DNA of 64,000 nt from Eledone cirrhosa (lineage: Eukaryota), in the NCBI GenBank assembly GCA_964016885.1, contig OZ024740.1, positions 199,392,001-199,456,000 on the forward strand. The letters are read 5' to 3'. Made by a program: the position numbers and the translations under genes. A model generated the notes under the pieces. The model was not told the origin of the DNA, ran no database searches, and worked only from the letters and a program-made list of their open reading frames with translations. Positions 42,454 to 59,310 of this stretch are shown here, one piece after another (the first letter of the stretch is position 1; each line of letters opens with the position of its first letter).

Positions 42454-42702
42454 ACAATATTTTCGAAACAGCGGGCGGGTTTGACATTATTATAAATGTC
42501 AGCTATCGCCGTATTTTGACTAAAGAAATTAAATAAATTACTTAGCCTGATAGTGGGGTTAAGAACCCTCGGAGAAATGGGAAAAGATGAGTATTGACGT
42601 ACATGTCAACACTCATCTTTTCCCATTTCTTCGAGGGTTCTTAACCCCACTATCAGGCTAAGTAATTTATTTAATTTCTTTAGTCAAAATACGGCGATAG
42701 CT

Positions 42703-42707
<5 letters not shown>
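42451..42707. mobile_element. Fold-back element with arms of about 103 bp and a tail, in a TA tract
   Basis: 42496-42598 is the inverse of 42605-42707. Confidence 0.85.
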
Positions 42708-42744
<37 letters not shown>

Positions 42745-42753
<9 letters not shown>

Positions 42754-43100
42754 TAAATGGAAACTATGTTCTAAAACCATATTTATTTTATCATATATAT
42801 TTCAAGGGTACCAAAACCTTTGGTACGCTCACATCATATAAAATACAAAAGGTGTGACATATTCAAAACGCTAATTTTGAATAATATTCAAACATACCTC
42901 AAAACGGTAAGTTCTAGTTTTGAATATGTCACTAGTTGTAAAACAACTTTTGAATTGTATCTGATGAGTGCGTACCAAAGGTTTTGGTGCCCTTGAAATA
43001 TATATGATAAATAAATATGGTTTTCTAAAGGTAGTTTCCATTTATTAATATTATTGATATTATACTCCAGAAGAAAAGTGCTTCTAATCTGTTATAAACT
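42745..43100. mobile_element. Family D fold-back element with an HHR motif (42956-43011, AUG triplet)
   Basis: tat-CTGATGA-gtgcgtaccaaaggttttggtgccctt-GAA-ATATATAT-G-ata, with a decayed inverse at 42788-42845. Confidence 0.75.
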
Positions 43101-43138
43101 AAATTAATTGAATAACCAACAAATTAAATAATTCATTG

Positions 43139-43225
<87 letters not shown>

Positions 43226-43232
<7 letters not shown>

Positions 43233-44048
43233 AAAAATGGCGTGCTGCGTTGTTTCGAATGCGAATATATGAAGAAAAATAGACCGAGAAACAGGAAAAG
43301 TCCGTCATCAATAGTTTGCTGATTTTCATTGGTATTTCTTCGCATTAAAGACTAGATACTTAAAATCAGTGCGAGTGATAATTAAATTAAGTTATCGGGA
43401 CAGAGGAAAGTGAACAAAGAACATGGTAGTAACGCAACGTAAAGAGAGGAACAGAGAGACAAGTCAATGAATCTTGTGGGTTTAAGTCCGACAAATCAAA
43501 TGACGAGAAGAAAACAGACACGTACGAGCCACAAAAAAGTGAGAGAGGAAAGAATTAATGGAGGTCAGACGGGAGGAAGTGTGAGAGGGGGAGTAGCAGA
43601 GATGAGTGAGTGAAAGTGTGAGGAATGGCCAGCCGAGAGTGTGTGAACAGCAGCGAGGATGGAGGAAAGCAAGAGGTAAGGGTGGGGAGAGAAAGAGGAA
43701 AGCAGTAAGATAACAGAAAAAATACGAAACACAGTGAATGAAAAATGGCGTGCTGGTTGTTGCGAATATGAACATATGCATAAAAATAGACCGAGAAACA
43801 GGAAAAGTCCGTCATCAGTAGTCTGCTGATTCTCATTGGTGTTTCTTTGCATAAAAGATATCTAAAATCAGTGCGAGCGATAACTAAATTAAGTTATCGG
43901 GACAGAGGAAACTGAACAAACAACATGGTAGTAACGTAACGTAAAGAGAGGACTGATTTTACGTTTCTAGTCTTCAATACGAAGAAATACCAATGAGAAA
44001 CAGCAGACTGCTGATGGCGGACTGTTCCTGTTTCTCGGTCTATTTTTA

Positions 44049-44053
<5 letters not shown>
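43226..44053 (-). mobile_element. Non-coding unit of about 505 bp with about 220 bp direct redundancy, plus an inverted fragment
   Basis: 43226-43450 is repeated at 43734-43952, and 43952-44053 is inverted. CTGATGA is present but no full HHR fold was found. Confidence 0.75.
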
Positions 44054-44137
<84 letters not shown>

Positions 44138-45227
44138 TACTACTATTTCTGCTCAGGGGCTGTGTGCCATCAAGATATCCGTACATCACAGCTTTTGAAA
44201 ACCTTCACAATAGCTACAAAATCTAAAGTTGCATATGATTAACAGTCTGGTGTAATTTAAATGCAGGGCAGTGAATTACTTCGATGTAAAACATTAGCGA
44301 GGAAAAGATATTATATTATATGCACCAAAATCTATTACATACGATCAAAAATATGAAAATATTCCACTACGAGACATAATAATGATAGATCCTCCATCGC
44401 TTTCGAACCGAATATTACGTTGTGCGATCAACTAAGCGTCTGACTCATGAATTAACTCATACTTTGTTGTGTAATCGACACAGAAATGTATGTTTAACAT
44501 AATTACACAATAGCGTCAGTGTGACACAATGCCATTCATAGGAAAGAAGCCCAAAGGCGCCTGATTGTGAGTCCAGCTTCCTAACCATTCGGCCATATTT
44601 TTCCATCAAAAGATATATTAAAGATATATATTTCTAATTATTACTGAATTTTTTTATCTGATTTAAATATATTCTAGAAAAAAACTAGCCACAGTAGTCT
44701 TCACGCTTAGCTTAGTATCCATTGATTCCTGCTGTTCAATATTGATATGTATTCATATATCATTGACTAGTATTTCAGTGTGTTATTTGTGTTAATGGGA
44801 GGCGTTATGCTCTTTGACTTTTTTGCTGATCTCATGTGATCATGTATCTCTGTTTAATACTGCAGCCATTAGTGCATTTACATCTGGTTTGCGTATTATT
44901 GATTCTCAGTTTTACATTTAAATAGTCTCTTGCTTGTTTCTATGTAGATAGGAGATATAAAACGACGAATGCAATAGTAATATTTTTAATACTCAGATTT
45001 ATATTGAAAATAGATAGACAAAACAAACACATATGTTTTGTTTTTGGTGTTTCAGTTTGTACATTGAAGGTATACATACAACTATTTAATTTATTTGATT
45101 TTTTCATTTGTCATTCGTAAATTTGTCTGACTCTGTTTACATGCATTTGGCTAAAATTGATTGATTGAGTATCGATTGATTTTAAACAATATGTATACAC
45201 ACACAGACACCTCCCCCCATATATATA

Positions 45228-45482
45228 TAGTTATGTAATAAACAACATAAGATGATTATTCCATTTACCAAAGGTTTCACGAAGACAGGCGAGCTTGACA
45301 CTTACGCCTGACTTCAATCAACAGAATGAATTTATTAAAATGAAAGAGAGATATGGATTTGAAAACAAAGTTTAGGATAAATGAAAGTGAGGGTGAAATA
45401 ATATAACAGACATAAAATAACGTGTCTTTGTGAAACCTTTGATAAATGAAATACTTATCTTGTGTTGTTTATTACATAACTA
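45228..45482. mobile_element. Fold-back element with a degenerate HHR (45264-45328, minus strand)
   Basis: Arms 45228-45290 and 45423-45482. Reverse complement reads catt-CTGTTGA-ttgaagtcaggcg..cgcctgtcttcgt-GAAAC-ctttg-GTA-aatg. Confidence 0.65.
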
Positions 45483-45603
45483 AAAAGCTCTGTAGCCTAC
45501 ATAGAACACTCTCTTTTCCTTTACCTTTCCTACGGAAATACTTCATTTATATATATATATAAATACATAGAGACACACGCACACACACGCACACACACAC
45601 ACG

Positions 45604-45638
<35 letters not shown>

Positions 45639-45647
45639 GCGCGCGCA

Positions 45648-45730
<83 letters not shown>

Positions 45731-45912
45731 CTAATATATATTTGTGAAATGGGTGGTGGTTGAAATTCAAATGTGCACGGTTAAATGGTAGTAGACGTAG
45801 TCGGACTGATATGAACATCTACACACCTATGCAAAAAGTGCCAAGGAAGCAAATAGACGAAGTTTCAAATCCCTAACTTAAAAGATGTGGTCTATGGGGC
45901 CCCAAAACGGTC

Positions 45913-46505
<593 letters not shown>

Positions 46506-47176
46506 ATACATTTTAGGTGTGAACACATGTGTGTGGGTATATGTGCGTATTTGTGTGTGTAAATGCGTATGTATGTGTATATATATATGCGTGGGTGGGT
46601 GTTGGTGTGTGTGTATGGGCATGGGTGCGTGGGTGCACGAGCTTATGCGCGCCTATATGTGCAGACATGTGCATATATATACATATGTAGCAGAATGTGG
46701 GTGTATGTGTGTTTGGGAATATGTGTATACATGTGTCTATATATGAGCATATATATATGTATACATATATATATATATATATATATGTCTATATGTGTAT
46801 GAGTGATTAAGTACGTATAGCCATATATGAGTAGGTGTGTGTGCGGGCGGGTAAGTGTGCGTATATATGTGTGGATGTGCATGGGTGTATATATGTGGAT
46901 GTGTGTGTGATTGCAGGTGCATGCATTTGCGGGCCTCTATATGTGTGTATATGTATTTGTGCATACATGTATGCGTTTGAGTGCATCTCCTGGGAATGTG
47001 TGCGGATGTTTATATATGAACTATATATGTTTTTTTCATTATTATTATTATTCATGTTGTATTATTTTATCACATACCCTCTATACATACCCGTATATAT
47101 GCGTATATGTACGCATGAGTCTGTGTACGTGTGCGTCTGTGTATGTGTGTGTGTATATATATACGTAGGTGTGCGT

Positions 47177-47281
<105 letters not shown>

Positions 47282-47286
47282 ATAGG

Positions 47287-47332
<46 letters not shown>

Positions 47333-47614
47333 TGTATATACAGTGTATTTGCAATACACTGTATGCTTAATTAAAAGCATTTCGAAGAAGAACTTATGCT
47401 ATTGTTTTAGAGTAGTTACAGACTCACTTACTTTAATTTTCAGCAAACAGGGGGAGATAAAGCTGACAAGGCCTTGTTTCGCATTTATTGATGCTTATCA
47501 AAGCCAACTACTCCTCCTGTTTGCTGAATAATGGATGTTTGGTTCTTATAGAATTCTAGTTTGAATAGGACATGCTTCCACAATTGATACAGAACAGTCA
47601 GAAGGCTCGTGGCG

Positions 47615-48152
47615 GCATGTATCAACAAGCGTGTGTGACTGGGTCTATGGGAGTGAGGGAGAGAGTGTGTGTGAGTATATATACTGCCATGTACGTATGT
47701 GGCCGTGTGGGTGTCTGCGCATTTAGACGTACGAGTGTGAATGCATAGATAGGTATGTGTCTGAATATGTGTGTGTTTATTCTAGTATGTGTGGGTGCTT
47801 ACCCTGAAGTGTGAGCAGACGTGTGAAGTACTGAACCCAGCATGACTCCATTGAAATGTGTCGGACAGAAAATGGTTGAAGAAGCGTGTGGCAGCAGATA
47901 CTGACCAGAACGTGTGATGACGTAGAGTAAAAACAGCCAATGGCATGAAAAGAGTGGATAGAGGGTTTTTTTATGATAACACCCCAGTGATAAAATTTGC
48001 TACGGACATAACACCCGTGTCTGAAAGAACCCGCAGAAGTAGAATCAGCCAGATCCATACAAGGAAAATGAATCGAGCTACATGCCGGCGAAACATTTGT
48101 AAAACGAAATAAACTAAGTCAAGATGCATCACTAATTTTTCGTTTTTCTATA
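47615..48152 (+). repeat. Dispersed repeat family B with an HHR-like motif at 48016-48106
   Basis: Colinear with 18445-19003. Confidence 0.8.
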
Positions 48153-48171
48153 TAATATATATATATATATA

Positions 48172-48622
48172 CTAGCAGAGATACCCGGCGTTGTTCGGGT
48201 ATTAAATAGTAGTTGTGTATACCATTTATGTCAATACTTCAGTGCTACTTCGAAAACTATACTTTTACAAAATCATCAGCTTTTTCCAAAAGAGGGTTCC
48301 TGATCCCAGAGGTCCCCTACTCAATATGTGCCAATTCTGAGAATTCACAGTCATCTGTAGGACAAACGTAGCCTATGTGTAAAGTTTTGTGAAAATCGGT
48401 TGCGAACTCCAGAAGATATGACGTTTTGTTGCATTGCACTGCAGTTCTTCAGTCGACTCCAAGGAAGTGGTTAAAGGGTGTTATCTGCCTGGAGACCCTA
48501 TAATCAATATCTGGAAAAATGAAAGTGCCCATGACCATCCGGAGTACATAAATAACCTATGTCTTAAGTTTGGTGAAAATACTGTAGAAATGCATAAGGT
48601 TTATACACGCGCGCGCTCGCGC

Positions 48623-48657
<35 letters not shown>

Positions 48658-49240
48658 TGTGTGCGTATGTGTTTGTATTGGGGGGGGGTATATCTTTGTG
48701 TGTGCGTATGTATGTGTATGTCTTTCGGGACATACGTATGTACTGGCCTAAATCTTCACTATTTACTTTTACTATTTTAATACCCTCTGTCATTTTCGTT
48801 TTCAATTTTATTTCCATCATTCTTAAACTCCGGAGCTGGAAATCATTCTGTTATGTTAAATAGAATATTAGTCTAACGACTCCATTATATCAAACTCTCT
48901 TTGCATGAAAATGTTCTTCACGACCACATAACGACGTATTATCCTCGCTTTTTTTCTGGTCATTGCCAGGGAACGTCTTCACGAACCAAAATATCGTCTT
49001 CCTGTTTTTGTTCGGTTGCAACGTTTCTCGAAAAATTTACTTCTGCGTTCACAGATTACTTTCAGTTCAATTTGAATGGGAAATTCCTGTTTCATCTATT
49101 TTCTCCGTAACCATGGAAGCTTGTACCTTAACAGTCGACCCAACGCCTCCTCGGGTCATTCTGCATAACTGTGTCAATTTTCGCTGCATTCCAGCAACCT
49201 GTTTCGACGTTTATCCGACTACACTTACTTACTTAAATAT
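48172..49240 (-). mobile_element. Helitron-ended element, left arm of a 2.8-kb inverted pair
   Basis: Reverse complement ends in CCCGAACAACGCCGGG-tatctctg-CTAG followed by a TA tract. Confidence 0.7.
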
Positions 49241-49924
49241 ACAACAACCGACCACTTCCAATTTATATTATATATATATATATATATATATAATATGAAA
49301 ACGTTTTAATAAAAAAAAATATATCAATAGTAATGTATGTATGCATGTATTTATGTGTTTATATGAGCGGGGATATGCAAGTAAATCTTACTTTGTGGAC
49401 AGCTGCCCTTTAGCATAATATTCATGCTAGAACAGCATATATTTGAATGTTTTCAGGGAGTTGAATTACTGATTTTGGATCGGCAGCTTTAGCTTTGAAA
49501 AAATGAAATGTGCAGTGTAAACATGTTTTATTATTCCTCTGGGGATGAATCTTCTCTGCCTTTTTCCATCTCTTCCTTTCTCTCTAGAAGAAATCAGCCG
49601 TAGTAAGACCTAAAAAAATGGTTAGATACACCATGACGCCCCGTGCATCACGGTGGAGTTGAAAAGCAGACTCAGAACATGGCGTTGTGTGGGGGTGGCT
49701 CGCATCCCAATGTTCCAGGGGGAGCAAAAGAAGAAGAAGAAGAAGAAGAAGAAGAAGAAGAAGAAGAAGAAGAAGAAGAAGGTGTGAGCTGGAGTCCTAT
49801 CAAATATGTAGGTTATGTCTTAAATTGAAGGTTTAGTAGAAACAATTCATGTATAGTTTTGTACTTTTCTTTTTGTCATTCATATATAAACAAATCTACT
49901 ATATAAATTTGAAGTGGGCGGACG

Positions 49925-51166
<1,242 letters not shown>

Positions 51167-51390
51167 AAATAACGGGAGGCTGGACTGGTGTAATTCCTTA
51201 AAGGTTTATTATACTATGAACATTTCAGCAAGAATCCGGTGACATCATCAGTACTCCGAAATTTAACAAAGGAATATAATAGAGACAATCCAAAGCGCTG
51301 AAAAGCAGAGCAATGCCCTAGACGAGAAGGCGGCCAAAAATTAGCAGTTGCCAGCCCGGTTGGCCGCCTATATATATATATATACTGCAT

Positions 51391-51449
<59 letters not shown>

Positions 51450-51462
<13 letters not shown>

Positions 51463-51833
51463 GAGAATGCCTGTTTGTCTGCTGTCTGTCTGTCTGTCTG
51501 ACTCCCTAAAACTCTAGAACCACCCAACCTATTGTTTTCAAACTTTGCACATGTAATACTTATGGTCCTGGGAGTGTTTTGAGCAAACAACATTTCAAAT
51601 GCCATAGGGACCGCATTAGGCGATATAGCAGTCTATTCCTATAATTCTTAGTCTTTCTTTTTAGATAGATACATAGATACATAGATATAACGTTGCACCC
51701 TGATGTCTGTATGTCAGGTTGTCTAGCTGTTTGCATTACGACATTATGACGCTATATTTATGTGTATATATATGTATATAGTGTGTAACGTTTTTCGAAA
51801 TATTTACTTCTCTGCTTAAAATTTAATCTGTTA

Positions 51834-51870
<37 letters not shown>

Positions 51871-52080
51871 GTGTACAGATATATTTGCATGCATAATGAC
51901 AGAATATAAACAAAAGTATTTATTTCGCGATAAAGCATTGATTTTCTTCGCACGGAAAAAAAACCCTGGTAATGTACGACGAACTTTTTTTATAGGTACA
52001 ACATGTAAACAACATCCCGAGGCCGAGGTATTCCGTACTTCTCTGTTAGAATCGCGAGCAGAGCCAGGCTATTCTGCTAG
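51450..52080 (+). mobile_element. Non-autonomous Helitron-like element
   Basis: 5' TATATAAAA followed by a (CTGT)n microsatellite. 3' decayed hairpin, then tattctg-CTAG and a TA tract. Confidence 0.6.
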
Positions 52081-52095
52081 TATATATATATATAT

Positions 52096-52302
52096 AACGA
52101 AGGAAGTGTGGTGGTAAGGAACCAGGTGAACCATAACGCACCAGAGTACTCAAATCTTCAGGTAGTAGAGTGGGTAATAGGAAAATGTTGAAGACCCCGA
52201 CGGCAGAGCTCAAGCCGTCTCGACGGCTATTTCTGGAGTCGAGTCCAGAAATAGCCGTCGAAACGGCTTGAGCTCTGCCGTCGGCGTTTTGAACATTTTC
52301 CT
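52096..52302. mobile_element. Short fold-back element, family A
   Basis: Tail 52096-52176, then hairpin 52177-52302 containing GAAAC-ggcttgagctctgcc-GTC. Confidence 0.8.
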
Positions 52303-52407
52303 ATATATATATATATACATTCAAAATATACATTTTAATTATAATGAGATTGTTCATTAAGAAGCACAAAAAACAAACTAAGTTGGTATGTTTGGATTCC
52401 TCACATT

Positions 52408-52486
<79 letters not shown>

Positions 52487-52488
52487 AT

Positions 52489-52519
<31 letters not shown>

Positions 52520-52521
52520 AG

Positions 52522-52570
<49 letters not shown>

Positions 52571-54280
52571 GTAAAAGGTAAACATAAATAACAAAACAAT
52601 CGGTACAGTACATGGAAGGGATATATTAGGTTAACGCTTGATGTAGCAGGAAGATGGTCTTAACGTTTCGAACGCTAGTACATCACTTGTGTGCACCAAC
52701 CTGCTGTACTAGGTAGCCATACGCGACATTCCATGTCCAGGGAGATGAAAACCCCGGTGACGAAATGGCTGCGGCCTAATTACGTAATGTACACTAACCC
52801 TACCTAATCTCCACCCATCTGCCGCTGGGATTTGAGAAAACATTGTTATATGATTACATCCTTTTCCTTCTTGTATTGTATTCTCGCTAAATTTGGGACT
52901 CGAAACATTAGGACTGAAAAATAATATTAAATACATCATTCTAAAGATATTTGGTTTAAATCAAAAAAATACACACACACAGAAGACATAGAACCGTGTG
53001 CATAAGTGCAGATATGTAAATGATACCTACATATGTAAATGATCTATACATGCAATAACTTTTATACCTGGACAGAGGCGTCAATGCAAACAGACATATT
53101 TACTAGTTAATCTTGTTTAAATTCCAATAAAAGAATCTTATTTCTAAGTTTTAAATGTTTCTTTCACTCTTTGGGTGAGAAATGTTTTAAATAATATTCA
53201 AAAAAACATACGGACTATTATACAAAACCAATATAAATTGAAATGTTTACAGCAAAAAAAAAGCCTTTTCCATAAACTTGGAGGCTGCAATGATAATTCA
53301 ATAAATTCTGTCTTCTATTTGTTTGTTTATTTGTTTCCGTTTATTTATTAATTTATTTATTTATTTGTTTATTTTTGTTGTTGTGAAATCGCTACTAACC
53401 TCTGAAACCCTGAAATATACTAGTAAACTTTCAGTTGCTGAATATGAGTACGTGTGTGTGTAAATAGAGAATGTGTGATAAAATACTTTTACATATTTTA
53501 CTACAATGAATGATGAATTTTATGAGTTTACAAAATATTTGCAACAATACTTTGGCGTTGTCGTATATTCTATGATGTATCCTATTGTTATCAGGTATAC
53601 AATGGTATACAAAGGCCACCTCAATCATAAATACAAAAGTGCGTGATCGGTGAATTGAAACGTGTACGGCCAAATTAAATCTTTATATCGAAATCATTAT
53701 ATACGTTCCTTCTTTACAGATACTTGTATACAAACATATGCATTATCACGATGCATCTCTCTCTCTCTCTCCCGCTCTCGCTCTCTCCCCCTCCCCATCT
53801 CTCTTTCTGAGTGTATATATATATATATATACTACTTTGTCAATATATTAGGCGGAGGCTAGTACTTGCTATACAAATGCACTGTATATTATATTACAGT
53901 AACAATATAATTATGATGAAACAGGCGGACAATGGATGTATTGCCTGTCTCTTACTAACATCATTTTATCTAAAACCGTTCTTTTACCTAGGACATTGAC
54001 TGACGTAAACGAACGACAAACAATATGAAAGACTAATTGTATATAGCTTTATATTCTGAGATATTAGTAACCTGTGACCACCATGTGTATAATCCGTCAG
54101 AGTGAATTTTCCTTTTCTCTCGTTAAGATATGTTACTTTCTGGCGTCATTCTAAGCAGTTCATATATTGATTCTCGCAAATCGGCTGAAAATATACCCAT
54201 ATATACACACACCCAGGCATATATATCTACTCACACACACGCACACACACACATACACACACACACACACATACACGCAC

Positions 54281-54324
<44 letters not shown>

Positions 54325-54368
54325 CCACACACATACACGCAGAGGTGTATACACACTCACACACATAC

Positions 54369-54410
<42 letters not shown>

Positions 54411-54963
54411 GTATAGAATGTGTGTGTTAAAGTTCGTGTTTATATCCTGTTTCTCTCTTCCTTTCTCATTTTTATGGAACCATCTTTTGTTCCTTCTATT
54501 CTGCCTTATTTCGTCTGTGTATTTCAGCTCTGTTTCCATTAGTAGTTGGCTTTCAACTATCAGTTGGTTTGTTCCACTAATCCTATATATTATCTTTTAT
54601 ATCACTAGCTATTTCTTACATTCTCCGTTTTCCTCGAGCGTTCTCTTGTTGTCATAACAAATGCTTTCTCTCTCTATAGACAAGTTATCGTACATCAAAA
54701 GTTATTTCATTAAAAACAGACATTATGTATATATGAATGTGTGTATTTATGTATGTGCAAATGTATGTTTGTATGGTAGGGTTAAACATAAACCATTCTG
54801 AGATTGATGAGATGATGTTGTTGGTGTTGTTTTGGTGGTGAGTGGTGGAGTGTAGCAGTGTGTTATGTTGTTTATTTTCTTATTAGCTGAGTGCGGAGAA
54901 TGCGGCTGAGCCCATAAACTTTGCTGGCCCTCCTAGACCATGACATTATATATATATATATTC

Positions 54964-55020
<57 letters not shown>

Positions 55021-55142
55021 TGTCTGCATATAAATATATATATATATATAGGTGTATGTGTGTGTGTGCGCGTGTGTTTGTGTATGTATGTGAGTGTGTG
55101 TGTGCGCGCGCGTGTGTGTGTGCGTTTGTGCCAATTTACTGC

Positions 55143-55232
<90 letters not shown>

Positions 55233-56072
55233 GAATTGATAGAATGTGAACAACGAAGACAAACACTTGAAAATGTGTATTTATAAAAGAGCGCCGATCA
55301 TGAAATATCAAAAATGAAACAAAATCTCCATGGAAGGAAATCATCTAAATAAAATATACGATAAACACTGCGCGATCTTTTATCGACAATAAGTCATTAT
55401 TTGGCTGTAGATTTATGTAAAATGAAATAATGTACTACATTTCAGAGACATTTGTGGCACTCAGGAGACTAACGTACGAAGCCGTATCTGTCATTTCTCT
55501 AGCAAAGCTAGTCCCACGTTAATTAATTCTGTTCTTCTCTTATTCTTATATTGTGCATGTGATGGAGAACGAACCGCACTTTTTTGCAGCAAGTTTGAAA
55601 GATTAACGTTAAAGTTATTTCTCTGATTCAATAAGAGAGCATTTCTGCCGTCGATCAAATATCAAAGTTTAGGCCTTCCATGAACATATTTAGTGATGTG
55701 ACAGCTACTATTTAAATTTTGTAGGTTGTTGTGGCTGTTTGCTACTGTATAACATGTTATATAAAGTGATATATGTGGGTGCCGTATATATATATATGTG
55801 TATATATATAAATATATATACAGGAGTAAGAAAGAGAGACTTAATTTCACAACAATACGCAAGCCATACTGCGAACACAGGTTCTTAAGTATGGTCTGGT
55901 ATTTGCTGTGATATTAAGTCTATAACTAACTCATCCTTTGCACTGACTGGTCTTCCAGCTTTCGATTCACCCTTCTGACTTTTCACTGCCCAATATATAT
56001 GTATATTTGTATATATATACACATATATATATAATGTAAATAATAATCAAAGAGTGTTTACTTTCAAACATT

Positions 56073-56126
56073 TAATAACTAACAATTGTTTCATTCTGGC
56101 ACAAGGCAGATTCTTCGGAGTTATTA
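56073..56126 (-). ncRNA. Minimal hammerhead ribozyme (CCGAAGA core)
   Basis: Reverse complement reads taataact-CCGAAGA-atctgccttgtgccagaat-GAAAC-aatt-GTT-agttatta, with an 8-bp stem I and palindromic ACAATTGT. Confidence 0.75.
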
Positions 56127-56800
56127 CAAAAGTTAAACACACATATAGAATCATACCTTTGCTTCAGGAACATTTGGAGGATACATATTATAAGAGGTTA
56201 TATAATACTATTTATATAGGGTAACAAAGCAAATGAGGAGCAAAACATGACAAATGGGAGCAGATAAAATGCGATAAAATAAAGTAAAATAAAAGAAAAT
56301 ACATATAGTTACAGATAAATGAAGTACAATAAAAATAATAAATAGTTGTGGTTAAAAATGATGCTGAAAAAGTTAACAATAGTAGACAGAGGAAACATGC
56401 ATTTCAAAATAAAGTTTAAGGATTTAAGCATTTAAAAAAAACAGTGAGATGAGAGATGTGCAATATTATAAGTTCAACCAAAATAATAACTTATTATTTT
56501 CAGTACCACTAGTATCACTGCGTAATAATTATTTAAATGCACCTTTAAACCTAAAAGTTTATAATATGTTTAACTACTATATTCACACATTCCCTCACAG
56601 ATCCCTACTTTGACTAATATTTTCTATAACTAATATTTTGTATAACTTTTATTATAACCACCACATCACATTTAGGGAGCTTATTAATACATTGTTTCGA
56701 CATCTTATTTCAGAAGCCTCTCTTCTCCTTACATTTGACTAATAATTTCATAACAACCATCGTCTCCCCCACTATATATATTAATATATACTATTCAATA

Positions 56801-57508
56801 CCGAATTGGACCCCACTAAAATGGCAAAACAATCTCCTGGTAAGTTTGTACATGTGTGATTTAGGTATGAGGTTGGTTTCTCATTTTATTTTATACTTTT
56901 AATTTTAATGTTTTACCAATGCCTCTATTAGATTATATTCTCTTCACGCTAGTGGTTTGAAATTCCTGTAAAGGAAAACACACTCTTCTGTGTCTTTCCC
57001 CTCTATATATTGTATTTTAAAGTGCACAGAAAAGCTCTTTCCTTTCAGCTCATTACAGGATTATACGCGAGTCCTTCACTCCATTATTTTACTTGATATT
57101 TGCTACTTGCGTTCTCTCTGCTGTCGAGCACCATCAATTGATTGTTATGGGCTGCAATCTCTAGCAGATTGTTCTGTTCATGCCACCAGTTACTGCCTCG
57201 CGCACGTATCTCCCTTATATTTACACGTGCTTCAGGTGGTTTACTATAGTTCTCCCTCTCTCAAGTAGTGCGGACAATATCGGTCTCTCCACATGCTGAT
57301 GACCCACAGGGCCGAATTCGAACCCACTAAAATGGCGAAACAATCTCCTGGTGAGTTTTACATGTGTGATTTATGTATGAGGTTGGCTTCTCTTTCTAAT
57401 CTATACTTTTAATTTTAATGTTTTTCCTAGGCCTCTATTAGATTATATTTTCTTTACGCTGGTGGTTTGAAATTCCTGTAAAGGAAAACACACTCTTCTG
57501 TGTTTTCC

Positions 57509-57512
<4 letters not shown>
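56801..57512 (+). mobile_element. Non-coding 511-bp unit with about 200 bp direct redundancy and an HHR
   Basis: 56801-57003 is repeated at 57312-57512 and ends at a TA tract. Confidence 0.75.
57290..57366 (+). ncRNA. Type I hammerhead ribozyme (slightly decayed)
   Basis: cacatg-CTGATGA-...ggc-GAAAC-aatctcctggtgagtt-TTA-catgtg. The upstream partial copy retains GTA-catgtg. Confidence 0.7.
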
Positions 57513-57594
<82 letters not shown>

Positions 57595-57596
<2 letters not shown>

Positions 57597-57705
57597 CGTT
57601 TCTGAATTTGTTTAGCAAGATTCTTTATCTGAAATCGTGTGTTGAAACCGATATTGTTATACTTTGGGTATAACAATATATATATATATATATATATTAA
57701 AGTAT

Positions 57706-57789
<84 letters not shown>

Positions 57790-57896
57790 ATACTTTAATA
57801 TATATGTATATATATATTGTTATACCCAAAGTATAACAATATCGGTTTCAACACACGATTTCAGATAAAGAATCTTGCTAAACAAATTCAGAAACG

Positions 57897-57900
<4 letters not shown>
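57595..57900. repeat. Palindrome of family C centred on a TA tract
   Basis: The non-TA segments of 57595-57712 are the inverse of those in 57783-57900, with nested tattgttatac/gtataacaata hairpins. Confidence 0.85.
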
Positions 57901-57964
<64 letters not shown>

Positions 57965-57982
57965 CTGTGTGTGTGTGTGTGT

Positions 57983-58123
<141 letters not shown>

Positions 58124-58124
58124 G

Positions 58125-58155
<31 letters not shown>

Positions 58156-58221
58156 AATAGAAGATAGAATGCAATGATCGTACAAGAATTTATTGCTTGA
58201 TAGAACTGAAATATATATATA

Positions 58222-58390
58222 TTTATTTATTAAATGTACAGATTAGTGTTTAAGAAAAGAATCGCTGCTTTCACTTCACGGGATCTTCTGAAACTTATAA
58301 GTTCCCGTAAAAGGGTGAAAGTACCGATCTTTGCTTAAACGTTAATCTGTACATTTAATATAATAAATATTTTGGTCTACGGGTATTTTT
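58222..58390. mobile_element. Fold-back element with a CAGAAGA-core HHR-like motif
   Basis: Arms about 58222-58283 and 58301-58370. Same family as 17275-17345. Confidence 0.7.
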
Positions 58391-59235
58391 ATATATATAT
58401 ATATATAATCCTCATCAAACCCTCTTCGGATTTTAATTGTGTTTGTGTTTGTGTTTGTGTGTACGAATATTTTCACACATTCTCTACAACATTCTCTTTA
58501 ACTTCTCTAAACTTTTCCCCGTCTTCCGTTTTCATTTACATCCCAAATTTCCTTTCCTTTTCTTACGATGAAGTACTTTTGACTAAAACGTGGCGAATCA
58601 TTTCAATTCTATCAAGCATTAAATTCTTGTACAATCATTGCATTCTATCTTCTATTTATTGTTCCGCGGTCGATGAAATAAAGTACCAATTTAGATATGC
58701 GACTATTAAGTTTGATGATACTTGCAGTAGTCGAAGACAATGTGTTGTGTCTTTCTCATGGCTCTTTATATTCAGATTTCAAATGTCCCTGGCGTTAATA
58801 TTGTCTGCCAGTCTTTCAGAATATGTTAACAAAACACCAGCTAAACTCTAGGGCTGAAATACTCTACTAGAGTTATCCCACACAAATTTCTAACGATTGG
58901 CAATTTAAGAAACCTTTATATTATATTGTTAACCTATTATTATTGACTTATCCATTAGCAATCACCAAACGTTTACAACACAAACATTGCTATCATCATC
59001 ATCAGTAACTGCGGGACTTTTTGCATCGTGACATTTTATTTCGTAACTGTCCTGTGATGCTCCAGGTTAAAATAAATATATCGATCATTTAACATTTTTT
59101 CAAACTTGTTTTCTTAGATATCAAGGTGGTCATTTATTTCTCACTCTCTCTTTGACAGTGTCTATTTAATATAAGTGATGTAGCCGTTGGTTATACAACC
59201 ACAAACACACACACTCACACTCACAAACACACAAC

Positions 59236-59310
<75 letters not shown>

